Assembly (NCBI RefSeq): GCF_000485595.1
Contig: NW_014577077.1
Location: forward strand, 642,816-662,815
From: Priapulus caudatus
Lineage: Eukaryota
DNA: 20,000 nucleotides
Reading direction: 5' to 3'
The notes under the pieces: model-generated
Told to the model about the DNA's origin: nothing
The model's input: only the letters and a program-made list of their open reading frames with translations
Databases searched by the model: none
Position numbers and translations under genes: made by a program
Part shown: positions 10,304-19,591 of the stretch, piece after piece
Layout of the letters: each line of letters starts with the position of its first letter
How positions within the stretch are numbered: position 1 is the first letter of the stretch

Positions 10304-11269
10304 TTGTTTATTGCCTACAATAGGATATATACCTACATTTTTCTGTTATCACACATTTGCCTTCATTATTAAACAGAAATTTTGTGTCTTACCACGACAC
10401 CTTATGACTGCTCTGCCTCCTGGCAAAGTTGCATTTTTAATTGGTTTGTTTCAGACCGGGTAATAATTACAAACGTACCATTTAACCTAACGACCTTTCG
10501 CTTAAAATAAATACACACATATTCTAACTGAAACTAATAGTGTGCTATGAGATATTTAATTGAGATCCTTTTCTTCATAAACTAATAAAATATAAATTCC
10601 CTTGGTCTGTAGTCTGCAGCTGAAGTTAAGTAGTGCAAAATTGTTAGTGGATTCACATGTAGTGGCACCACCAAGATTATAAGCAAATGATTATCAAGTT
10701 TTAAAATAATTAAAAAAAATATTATTAACAAATTGGTGTTTTTCAACGCAGCGTATAATCACAAACTTCGAACGACACAGGTTTTTCTAAGGTGGTTTTT
10801 TAAACCATGTTTTTCAAAGAATAATGTAAACCTGCCTTAAGCGTATTCAAATGTATTTGTATGCCTTTCTAGAATGATAATATTATTCTGTGTATATATA
10901 CATAGAATACATATAGTTCAATTATTAATGGCACTACCTGTTCTTTTTATACAAGAAATAAATAACAGCAAACACGACATCTACCATTCAGGATTAGGAT
11001 TTTTCTTTCTTGTTTCATGATTTCTTTCACTAGTCAATTAGGCTAACTAACTGATAGGACCACCAGTTGCCCTCCAGATTTACTAGCCAAAATTGTTTTA
11101 AATAATGGGAATCTGAATATCGTAAACAATGTGCATTTGCGATGGCATTCACTGTATTATCCAGATCCAGATATAATATAGTAGTCCCTGTTGTCAGTAC
11201 AGGTCAAGAACCACGAAAGTGTCCTGATTGAGTGGCAGTCCCAATTAAGCTGAGAACATTACAATGTGC

Positions 11270-11742
11270 ATAATCGGTCGGGTGACATCTATCGTGACCC
11301 TGACATGCAATATTGCCTCAAATCGTTCAAATAAGGTCAGATTCAGGTTACTCAACCCCGGAAACCGATAAAATGAGGTGCTGTTTGTATATATTGACAA
11401 AAAAACGCTTTTTTGACCCCAAAATGACCTTTAGGGTGACCTTGAGGGGTGACCTTGACCTCAAATCACTGAACTAAGATTAGAATCAGATTCCCAGACC
11501 TTGAAAACCCCTAAAAAGTGGTATTATTTATGATTATAGCTCTTTTGGATGTTTAACTAGATTGCCCCCCAACCCGGGTGGCGACCATATTGGAATTTGC
11601 CAATATGGCGGCCCCGGGGGGGCGCCCATTCCGGCGCCCGCCAAAAATCGAAAAAGTATGGTATGGGCAACATCTGGGCCAAATTTGGTGCTTTTAGAAG
11701 AATGAACCAAATGGCCCCTTTTTAGCCCCAAGACCCGGACTG
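11270..11742. mobile_element. One-ended DNA transposon remnant, possibly an Academ-like terminus
   Basis: GC-richer block with two related units (CAGATTC...AACC...AAAA..GGT..T.TTT at about 11338 and 11488), TGACCTTGA repeats, GCCAAATTTGGTGCTTTT and an end in CCCGGACT. No matching left end found. The family call is from recalled pattern only. Confidence 0.4.
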
Positions 11743-12125
11743 TTTTTCAAAGACAAATGTCATTTAAAATTTTCGATGTCGATTTCAAGCCTTGTTATTG
11801 CTTTTTAATGCATACATAAAGTTCACCAAAAAATCAATGTTAAACATACGTAAATGAAAAAAATAAGTTACAATACGGTGCAATAAATACTCATGAAGCA
11901 CACAGAAACCCCTAACATTGTATCACGTGAAAACGTGTGTGAAACATTGTGAGTACTTTGTGAAGAAAACCACATTAAAGACGTGAAGAAATCCATGGTG
12001 TGTCTATGAAGAAACATTCACAACCTCTGGTGCATAAAGCCAGCACTAACTGCCCTAATCAGGACATTGTACACATGAATGAATATATTATATATAATAT
12101 ATATATACGACTGGTAAATTAGTAC

Positions 12126-12269
12126 CTGATCTACGTCTGGTGTGCTGACTCGCTGCCATTAGCAGGTCACCACTGCCACCAAAAGAGGAGTTGCGTGTCA
12201 GCTGGCCAGCTTTTTGCGGCTCAGGATACAGGATGACAGCAGATGAAGTGCAGAGTCCTTCCAATGCAC
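12126..12269 (-). CDS. TRAPPC9: TRAPPC9 coding exon 3 (144 nt, phase 1 to 1)
   Basis: Acceptor tttgatttaag|GT, donor CAG|gtact. Encodes (G)ALEGLCTSSAVILYPEPQKAGQLTRNSSFGGSGDLLMAASQHTRRRS, similar to human AALEGLCSASVIYHYP. Not in the ORF track. Confidence 0.93.
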
Positions 12270-12784
12270 CTTAAATCAAAAGCAAATGAATTACTTGGGA
12301 TAAATATGATTACTAATTGCAGTGTACTGTGCTACCACGTTCTTAGGTCTTAAAAATACAGAGACACTGAGGCAGCCAAAACATCTTGCAAACAGCCCCA
12401 AGGTCACTCTTAAACAGACTTAAAGATATAAAATTATATTGTCATAAAATAGCTGCTAACCTACTAACTCTACCAGTATTACAACCACAACCTTGACAAC
12501 AACTACTTAGCTGAAAATCATAGAATTTCTCAATGCATTTAAAATGCATTTTTCCTTATCACTATGTTGTTGACAATTTAAATTATTTAATCCTCATCAC
12601 GCCAGCCAACATTTGATGGTTTATGTGCACAAACTTTATCAGGTAATCTTTATATGAAATATAGCATATGTTGAAGAGAGTTGGTTACTATCAAAGTATA
12701 ATGATTGTCTGCTTGCCTGCTGGATCACATCACCTCCCAGAACTTTTATGATAGCTTATTGAATGACAAACTATGGATGCCTAC

Positions 12785-12930
12785 CTCCTAGCCACAGCCA
12801 GTCATTCACAGACTTTAAATTCTCAATCGCTGCATTGTAATGAGAAATGGCTTCTCCGGGTAACCCTGCCATCAAGTTCAAGTCACCCATCTGCTTCCTT
12901 AGTCTTCCCTGGCACCGCTTCTTAAAAGCT
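12785..12930 (-). CDS. TRAPPC9: TRAPPC9 coding exon 2 (146 nt, phase 2 to 1)
   Basis: Acceptor tggttttcag|A, donor G|gtaggc. Encodes (R)AFKKRCQGRLRKQMGDLNLMAGLPGEAISHYNAAIENLKSVNDWLWLG, similar to human KKRCQGRMRKHVGDL...SVNDFLWLG. Confidence 0.96.
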
Positions 12931-13276
12931 CTGAAAACCATTAGGTAAATCATTATCATGCTTAATAAAGAACATGAATTAAATATTAACTTTATGGCAT
13001 GGCTGCTCAGAAAAACAATGAGAGTTCAACACTAATACCAAATACTATCTTGAGTATAATTTCAAACACAAGAAATGTTTACACTTGGTAAAATGATCAT
13101 ATATATCTACTATACTCCTACGCCAACTTTACGTCTTGAAAACGAGCTCTTATTTAACTTTGCCAAACGAATTGGCAGCTGCACATTAAAACATGGCTTT
13201 AAGTGTATGTTCTGTGACCAAACACAATGCATGATGCATGTATACTTATTTATGTTATTAAACTGGTTATTCTTGC

Positions 13277-14022
13277 CTTCCTTCATGATCAATTGTCACT
13301 CCTTCCGATTTCTCAAATGGTGCCATCAGCAGTGGCAGTTTGTCTGACTTTTCGTAAGTCCGATCCAAGACTTTAGACTCCAAGACCCAAAAGAGTGAGC
13401 ATGCAAATTCCTTCAGGTGTTCCTCCAACTGTCCACAGTGTTCAGAACTAGGGTAGACTATCACGCCACTCCAGGAATCTTGCCGAGCTTCATTAACCAT
13501 GCCACGTTTCTCATCCTGTATGCTATCATTCTTGGTGTCAAGTTGATCAAGGCAGGTACCAACAACATCAGACGATGGTGATAGCAACTCCTCTACGCCA
13601 TTCTTGTCAACTCCCACACCCGAATCCTTGTCGTCAACTGAGTCTGTTTCCTCAGCCGATACTCCAAACAGGAGACATCGAGAGTCAAAGAGTGTCTGTG
13701 AGTAATATCGCTTCATCTCTTTATAATCTTTGGTCAAGGCCTCCACATCAGAATTTGACGTACACTTTCCAAGGCACACAAGACCCATAGCCTTTCGGTG
13801 TGCTTGGAAATCACCCCATTCATTGCTATCGGTAGTGTATGATTTCCTATAACGCAGCCACATACTGCGCTGTTGGCCCGGAATACGTACATGTTGGAGT
13901 CTTGAAATGCGTTCAAAAAGTCGGTGATATGACTTCGACTTTATCTGGGTGCCAATTAGTTTTACAACCACCAGTAGACACTGGTGGTCTTCGGCACTCT
14001 GGGAATAGTCCGGGACGCTCAT
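13277..14022 (-). CDS. TRAPPC9: TRAPPC9 (NIBP/Trs120) first coding exon, 746 nt, ends in phase 2
   Basis: Translation MSVPDYSQSAEDHQCLLVVV...NEWGDFQAHRK...LFDSR...SLFWVLESK...KLPLLMAPFEK matches the recalled TRAPPC9 N-terminus (human [20 protein letters not shown]...NEWGDFQTHRK...SLFIVLESK...KIPLLCVPFEK). The exon ends GGA AG|GCAAGA (GC donor), the only junction here compatible with the next acceptor. Confidence 0.96.
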
Positions 14023-14640
14023 ACTATAATAAATACTTTAAAACTTTCCGGTACTGGATGCTGAAATGATAAAAACTTCCCATCAGTTATCAGTTATTTG
14101 TATGCGACTATAAACTGGTCAATGATACAATGGACGAAATCAGATCACGTCAGTCGTATTTGCAAAAATATATATAAAGAGAGGATTTCACACCACAGTT
14201 AAAAATACCTGGTATTTAATGACACTGTCCAGATATCGTAATATAACGTGATTGGGCCGATTACTAGTGCTCCACAAAACGCATGATTTACATAAATTCG
14301 TAGTGCTGATGAGATGCTGTCAAGTAATAGCAGTTTCAAACCAGTGGTGGGTGTTGTTTATTGACATTTATTTGTGAATTTGAAATTTCAAAACTATGGA
14401 AAACTAAAGCAGCGCCAACGTTATTATGGAAAACTATCATAATTTTAAAATGTCATAACTTTTGCATGACACTTTACTTCAAAAGTTATGACATTTCTGA
14501 TTTCATACTTGTGATGTCATAATTACTTCTAATGATTTTGACAACGGGCACGCGCTTGCCGTGTTTTGTGTATTTATCCTTGGTAGTTATCCAGTCAATC
14601 AATCAAAATATTTCTGACGTTGCCAGACGGTGGCCACAAA

Positions 14641-15421
14641 AATATGAAAGTGTCAATGACACTGTAGCTCACCACAAAAAAGGACACAAATGAGTGAGTA
14701 AGAAGAAGTCAATTTTAATTGAGCAACCATCGACGTACATTATAGAAACGATTGCCATCTGTATATCGCAATAATAATTTATGAACTAAAATTAATCACA
14801 ATTTGTGACCGTAGATGGCGCTATACCCGCTTTGTAGCAATGGCGTTTGAAATAAATAGGTTATGCTGCCTTCCGACATGTTTTGTAAAATTTTACTCTA
14901 ATATAGATGTTTTATCGGCAGGGTGGAGAGGAAATACCAATTTTGCATTAAAGATATTGTCAATGAAATCTTGAAAAACAAACCAGACGAGTGTGACACC
15001 ACAGACTGTTTGTGTCTATATAATATGCTATATAATTGCCAAACTCGACCTAATTTGCATGAATTTTTTTTAAATATCAAAACCCTAACCCTAACCCTTA
15101 TTCATTCACATACCAAAAATGAGCAAAATCCGTTGAACCTGAACTGACTAATGGCAATTCCCATTTTTGCCAAAAAATTGCCGTGGCTCGAAAGTACATC
15201 GACTAGCGTGCTCCAAAATAGGACGTTTAATATGGGAGCATAGCAGTAACAACTATACCCAATTTCAAACATGTGGGTCAAACGGTTCCTGAGTTATCGT
15301 TGACCGTAGCGAAATGTTGACGGACGGACGGACGGACGTACGACGGACGGACAGACGGACGTACGACGGACGACGACCCATGGCAATAGCTCAGCTTGAC
15401 AATGTCAAGGTGAGCTAAAAA
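14641..15421 (-). mobile_element. Helentron-associated non-autonomous element (HINE/DINE-1-like)
   Basis: Asymmetric subterminal IRs TAGCTCACC (14665-14673) / GGTGAGCTA (15409-15417). Terminal hairpin AGTGTCA-A-TGACACT (14649-14663) and second hairpin AGCTCAGCTTGAC-AAT-GTCAAGGTGAGCT (15388-15416). (GACG)n microsatellite at 15319-15377, A-runs at both ends and no TSD. Confidence 0.8.
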
Positions 15422-15634
15422 TACGGGAGTAACGGGACGTATATTCAATAGTTGGCAGCATCCTATCCGAGTTGCTGGCAATGGCACAACATATAATTTA
15501 TTATAGGTTATAGCATTTATAATATCACAGTGTGCCACCCTGTGGCAGCAGGCTCATGGTTGTAAGTTGGACCCATCCAACCTCTTTTACTGTGTATACT
15601 TAACAGTTAACAGAGCTTGTTTGTAATCACATCT

Positions 15635-16522
15635 CAGGCAGGGTTCGACACTAACCCACGTCCGACCGACCTAGTCAGGTAAATGCTTGGTCCGGTCGCA
15701 TACAACCAGAGTCCTAGTAGCCCGACTGGTCGTGTTAGAATTGGTCATATATATTGCACTAAAAGGTCACATCTGGCTAGACTGGTTCGCGGCCGCACTG
15801 TTTGTCGCAGAGCGTGTACATTGTCTAGCAGAGCGTGTGGCCGGATACCAGTCTACCCTTCGGCAAAAACAATAACGTGGCTTGCTGCCAGCCGCAGTAC
15901 TTAGACGATCGATAAACCGTGCGCTCGTGTATGCCCGTGGTAGAATACAAATGCTGCACGTGAACTCGGCCCACGCGCGATTTCAACCGCGGGAAACAGC
16001 ATATATCTATGAATTCATATGATGACACACTCTTAATATCTAATTAAAGTTTTTCATAACAATGGTCTGGGTCTGGGCTAGTGAAAGTTAGGTCAGGGCT
16101 AGTGGTTTTCCTCAGTTACTAGCCCGATGGTCTAGTGAAATAAAAAGTTAATGTTGAATCCTGCTCAGGGTGCGAAATTAACACGAGTCCGGAGCCGAAT
16201 ACTCCCTGATTTACTGTCGGACTCCCTGATTTTACATATGCAGGAGTCCATGTAACTCCCTGAAAATTCTGCTATATACTAACTAGTTCGTTCCAGAGCA
16301 GGGCCTCGCAGAATTACAGTGTTTTTTCAGCAAATGTCCAAAGAAAATTTGGCAGACGTGCAACCACATGAATCTTCAAAATAAACACATGTGTTATTGT
16401 TAATATCTGTAGTTTTGAACTTCAGATTGCGGACTCCCTCATTTTGCTGCGGACTCCCTCCCTTTTTTTGAGGGTAGGGAGACTGTTGGACTCCCTTGTT
16501 CAAAAGTTAATTTCTACCCCTG
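15635..16522. mobile_element. hAT-like MITE with a 6-bp TSD (outer, older element; body 16166-16522)
   Basis: TIR CAGGGTGCGAAATTAAC (16166) versus right reverse complement CAGGGGTAGAAATTAAC. TSD ACATCT at 15629-15634 and 16523-16528. Repeated GGACTCCCT motifs inside. Confidence 0.85.
15639..16163. mobile_element. hAT-like MITE with a 6-bp TSD (inner, younger element)
   Basis: TIR CAGGGTTCGACACTAAC versus right reverse complement CAGGATTCAACATTAAC (14/17). TSD CTCAGG at 15633-15638 and 16164-16169. Internal CTAGT/CTAGCCCGA motifs. Confidence 0.85.
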
Positions 16523-16572
16523 ACATCTAGTGTTACGTTGCCGCACACCTATCTAATAGTAATAGTATCAGT

Positions 16573-17373
16573 CACAGGCACTTTGAACGTTTCAATAATA
16601 AAATGATAGTTACATATAAACACGAAATTTATTTACTACCAGTCTTAGTGTTTCTCTATTTTCTTTCGCCTATTATTCCTGATAATTTCCTGTACATGTC
16701 ATTTCAATGCTCCTCTGCAACACGCAAGTACACCGAATGCACGCTGCTGTGTACAAACAATAAAATTATAGAATAGGTGGGAAAGTGTGAGTGCAAAATT
16801 TGCACGACGCTCTCGCTTCACTTCACACGATCACGGCACAAATGCACACGTCTTGAAATAGAGCTCGGAAGCATGGACGCTCGAACAAAGAATGCAATGT
16901 GGTGCCTTTACTCATGTACTTGCTCCCATTTACATTTTGGTAGAGTGGGGGTTTTCTGCAGGAATTCACCAGGTATCGCTGGTTAAAGTAGGCAGTACCA
17001 GTTGGCAAAGTTATAATTTGAACAAGTGAACATTTAGCTACACATAGATACCAAAATGGGGACCAAATGACAAATTGTGTAATTGTGCCGTGATTGTGTG
17101 AAACAAAGCTAGCGTCATGCAAATTTCGCGGGAACGCTTTTCCACCCGTTTTATAAATATAATTTTGTTGTTTGTGCACAGAGGCATGCGTGCAGTGTAC
17201 TTGTGTGCTGCAGAGGAGCATTTGAACAGCATTTTCAAGAAATGTTCAATAATACTAATACTAATAGGCAAAACAGTAGAGAAACAGTTTAAGACTTTGT
17301 CTTTGGTAGTAAATACATTTCGTGTTTATTTATTTACCATCATTTTAACATTGAAATGATCCAAGTGCCTGTG
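16573..17373. mobile_element. Foldback element with diverged inverted arms of about 280-300 bp and CACAG...CTGTG ends (possibly CACTA/EnSpm-like)
   Basis: Arms about 16573-16850 and 17075-17373 pair throughout, e.g. AATGCTCCTCTGCA / TGCAGAGGAGCATT, TAAACACGAAAT / ATTTCGTGTTTA and CACAGGCACTT / AAGTGCCTGTG. GT on both flanks is a possible 2-bp TSD (weak evidence). Confidence 0.8.
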
Positions 17374-17690
17374 GTATTAGTAGTACTTTACGGCATTATG
17401 TGCTCAATCCTAGTTTGGGACACGGGTATATAGCGTTCGCATATGTGCTAACCTAATCCGGGGTGCTAAACTAGCATTTCCATTGCCTTGACTTGTCTTT
17501 GGTCGCGGTATGGCACAACATGAACATCCGATGATGAACATGATATAGCGCTAATCTACAATACATTGGATATATGGTTCGTGGTCACAGTGAGTTATAA
17601 TGATTATAATGAAACTTTATGGGTCGTGCTAAAGATTTCCATGTCGTATACGGGTACGTTTTGTTTTTGAAAACAAATAACAATACTTAC

Positions 17691-17950
17691 TTCGACGAGA
17701 ACTTCCCATCACAAACGCAAATACCAAAACCACATCCTCTATAATCTTGGATGTTCAGCTGTTTTTGGATACGATCGTCGCGATCCGTGCGATCGGTTAC
17801 GGTTGGCCAACGTACTCAGAAATTTTACCTCGGCAAAATGATACCATTTTTAAGCTAATAATAAGCCTTGTTACACAATTTAACTGCGGTTAAATCGTTC
17901 TTACAGCGGCAAAATCTTCACTTTTTACTCAGCAACACGAGCAACAGTCC
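17691..17950 (-). other. Candidate non-coding first exon of TRAPPC9 (5' limit unknown)
   Basis: Consensus donor GAA|GTAAGTA at 17690 in a CpG-retaining unique region. A plausible acceptor tatttattatag|T ATG lies one base before the start codon (AG at 14025-14024). Confidence 0.35.
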
Positions 17951-17953
17951 CCA

Positions 17954-18651
17954 TGTTATGTATACCTAAAGTAATAGCCCCAAGTGACCCAACCCTGACC
18001 AGATCAAAATTACAAAGAAACAAACAAATCATCTTTCACAATAAATATCACCTCAAATATCATTGTGTTTACACTTTTACATTGTTTATAATAAGATAAA
18101 TAGAGCGAACATCAGGGAGGCAGATTAGATTTGGTGATTTGGTGATTTGGTGATTTGGAGATTTGGAGACAGGGAGACAGGGAGAGGAAAGACTTGCAAG
18201 TGGGACTTAGAAGAAAGCTAGAAACGGGAGATTTAGAAGAGGTTCGATTTAGAAGCTGGATTTAGAGTTCGATCTGGGAGTTAGAACTATAGTAAATTAA
18301 GTAATACTGTGATGTAACGAGCTGTACGTATTATAAGAGGAAATACTGTAATTCCCTGTACCTTGTTTATACCGTATTAAAGATTTATCAGTTGGGTTAC
18401 CTAATTATAACTCATAAATTGTTATATTTAATCATTGTTAACTTATAACTCTCTATCACTTAGTTTCGTTCTCTATCTAGTATCTACGCATCGACACCAC
18501 GGCACACGTATAAACTACCAGTATAGCTATATCGATCTAATTTGTAGGCTGGTTTTACACGCGGCAGTGACACCTTTTATACCCCTAGACACAACTGACG
18601 AATACGGTAAACATAGGTGACGGTTCAGTCGCACAGAGCAAAACCGCTACA
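17954..18651 (+). mobile_element. Probable solo or truncated LTR (boundaries uncertain)
   Basis: TGTTA... start candidate, TATA-like stretch at about 18087, purine-rich 8-bp tandem repeats, ATTAAA at 18376-18381, and LTR-like ends GTAAACA (18613) or CCGCTACA (18651). No TSD identified. Confidence 0.45.
18128..18185 (+). repeat. 8-bp tandem array (GATTTGGT)3(GATTTGGA)2(GACAGGGA)2
   Basis: Directly visible, with stepwise unit change along the array. Confidence 0.9.
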
Positions 18652-18654
18652 CTG

Positions 18655-18712
18655 GCATAGCCTGCGCGCCGCGCGCCACGTGCGCCCCGCCGGCCCTTGG
18701 AGGCGGATGCGC
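18655..18712. promoter_or_regulatory. Short GC/CpG-rich patch with an E-box and GC box; candidate promoter element or TE interior
   Basis: GCGCGCCGCGCGCCACGTGCGCCCCGCC contains CACGTG at 18677-18682 and CCCCGCC at 18685-18691, in an otherwise AT-rich context upstream of the gene. Confidence 0.3.
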
Positions 18713-18874
18713 AATCATCAATGTCGATAATACGTACGTTTGATTTGTCAAAAGTTAGTCGCGTATATGGATAGCCAACACAAATTAATTCTATGGAACA
18801 CCACGCGCAGCGTATGAATGTCGACGATTTTCATAATTCGTAGATCTACCAGAGTCTACATTTATTTTATTTTT

Positions 18875-18952
18875 TGTATTTGCGTATACCCTAAAATGTC
18901 CTTTTTTTAAGTATACGGCGTATACATAAGTATACCCTCCACTACATCACTG
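18875..18952. mobile_element. Orphan right end of a hAT-like MITE
   Basis: Four GTATAC motifs followed by CCACTACATCACTG (reverse complement CAGTGATGTAGTGG). No partner TIR seen. Confidence 0.5.
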
Positions 18953-19327
18953 GTAATAGCACATATAAATTAGTGTGGCGGGAAGGGGGCGGGAAGCTAT
19001 GGACGAAGTGAAATTACGTATTATGTCGGATTTTACCATGCACATCTTTCACCGCATCTCATTGCGGGATGGGGTACAGGGGGTTGTCTTCCTCCCGCCT
19101 CCCTCACCCTCTCCTCCCACCTCCCTCCCCTGTCCTCCTATCTCCCTCCCTCAACACCTCCAGGATAATTTATATTTTGCATTTTCTTTTTTTAATGTCT
19201 CTTAGTTTCTCTGACAGTTACTAGTTAGCGTAATAAATGTATTACTCCTGTACAATGTATTTTCTCATGTATTTATTTCTCGTGCTATGGATTTCTTTTT
19301 TTTCTCTCTTTACTTAGTATACTCGAT

Positions 19328-19335
19328 CTCTCTAG

Positions 19336-19384
<49 letters not shown>

Positions 19385-19549
19385 ACAAGCACACAACACA
19401 CAGCACACACACACACACACACACTCTCTCTTCTTCTCTCTCCTTTCTCTTTCCTCTCTCTCTGCCTCTTGCTCTCTCTCTCTCACCCCGCTCTCTTCCC
19501 CTCTCTCATCTCTCTCTCGCTCTCTCTCTCTCTCTCTCCTTCTCTCTTC

Positions 19550-19584
<35 letters not shown>

Positions 19585-19591
19585 CTCTCTT
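19328..19591. repeat. Compound (CT)n/(CA)n microsatellite and polypyrimidine tract
   Basis: Directly visible. It explains the SL/RE-repeat ORFs. Confidence 0.97.

Noticed and set aside
13609..13626. DSGVGV as a beta-TrCP degron in the TRAPPC9 insertion
   Set aside because: Lacks the second Ser of the DSGxxS consensus.
13267..14022. 251-aa ORF as a complete single-exon gene
   Set aside because: Homology continues in downstream exons; the last codons and stop are intronic, after the GC donor.
15081..15098. Telomere-like AACCCT repeats
   Set aside because: Only about three units, inside the HINE-type element; not evidence of an interstitial telomere.
306..16522. CRISPR-like or prokaryotic repeat arrays among the recurring short motifs
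   Set aside because: The motifs are short, irregularly spaced and enclosed by TIRs in a spliceosomal eukaryotic gene; there are no constant-length spacers or cas-like ORFs.
18652..18668. TGGCATAGCCTGC as a tRNA-Ser primer-binding site after CCGCTACA
   Set aside because: Several mismatches to the recalled tRNA end, and no retroelement coding sequence follows.
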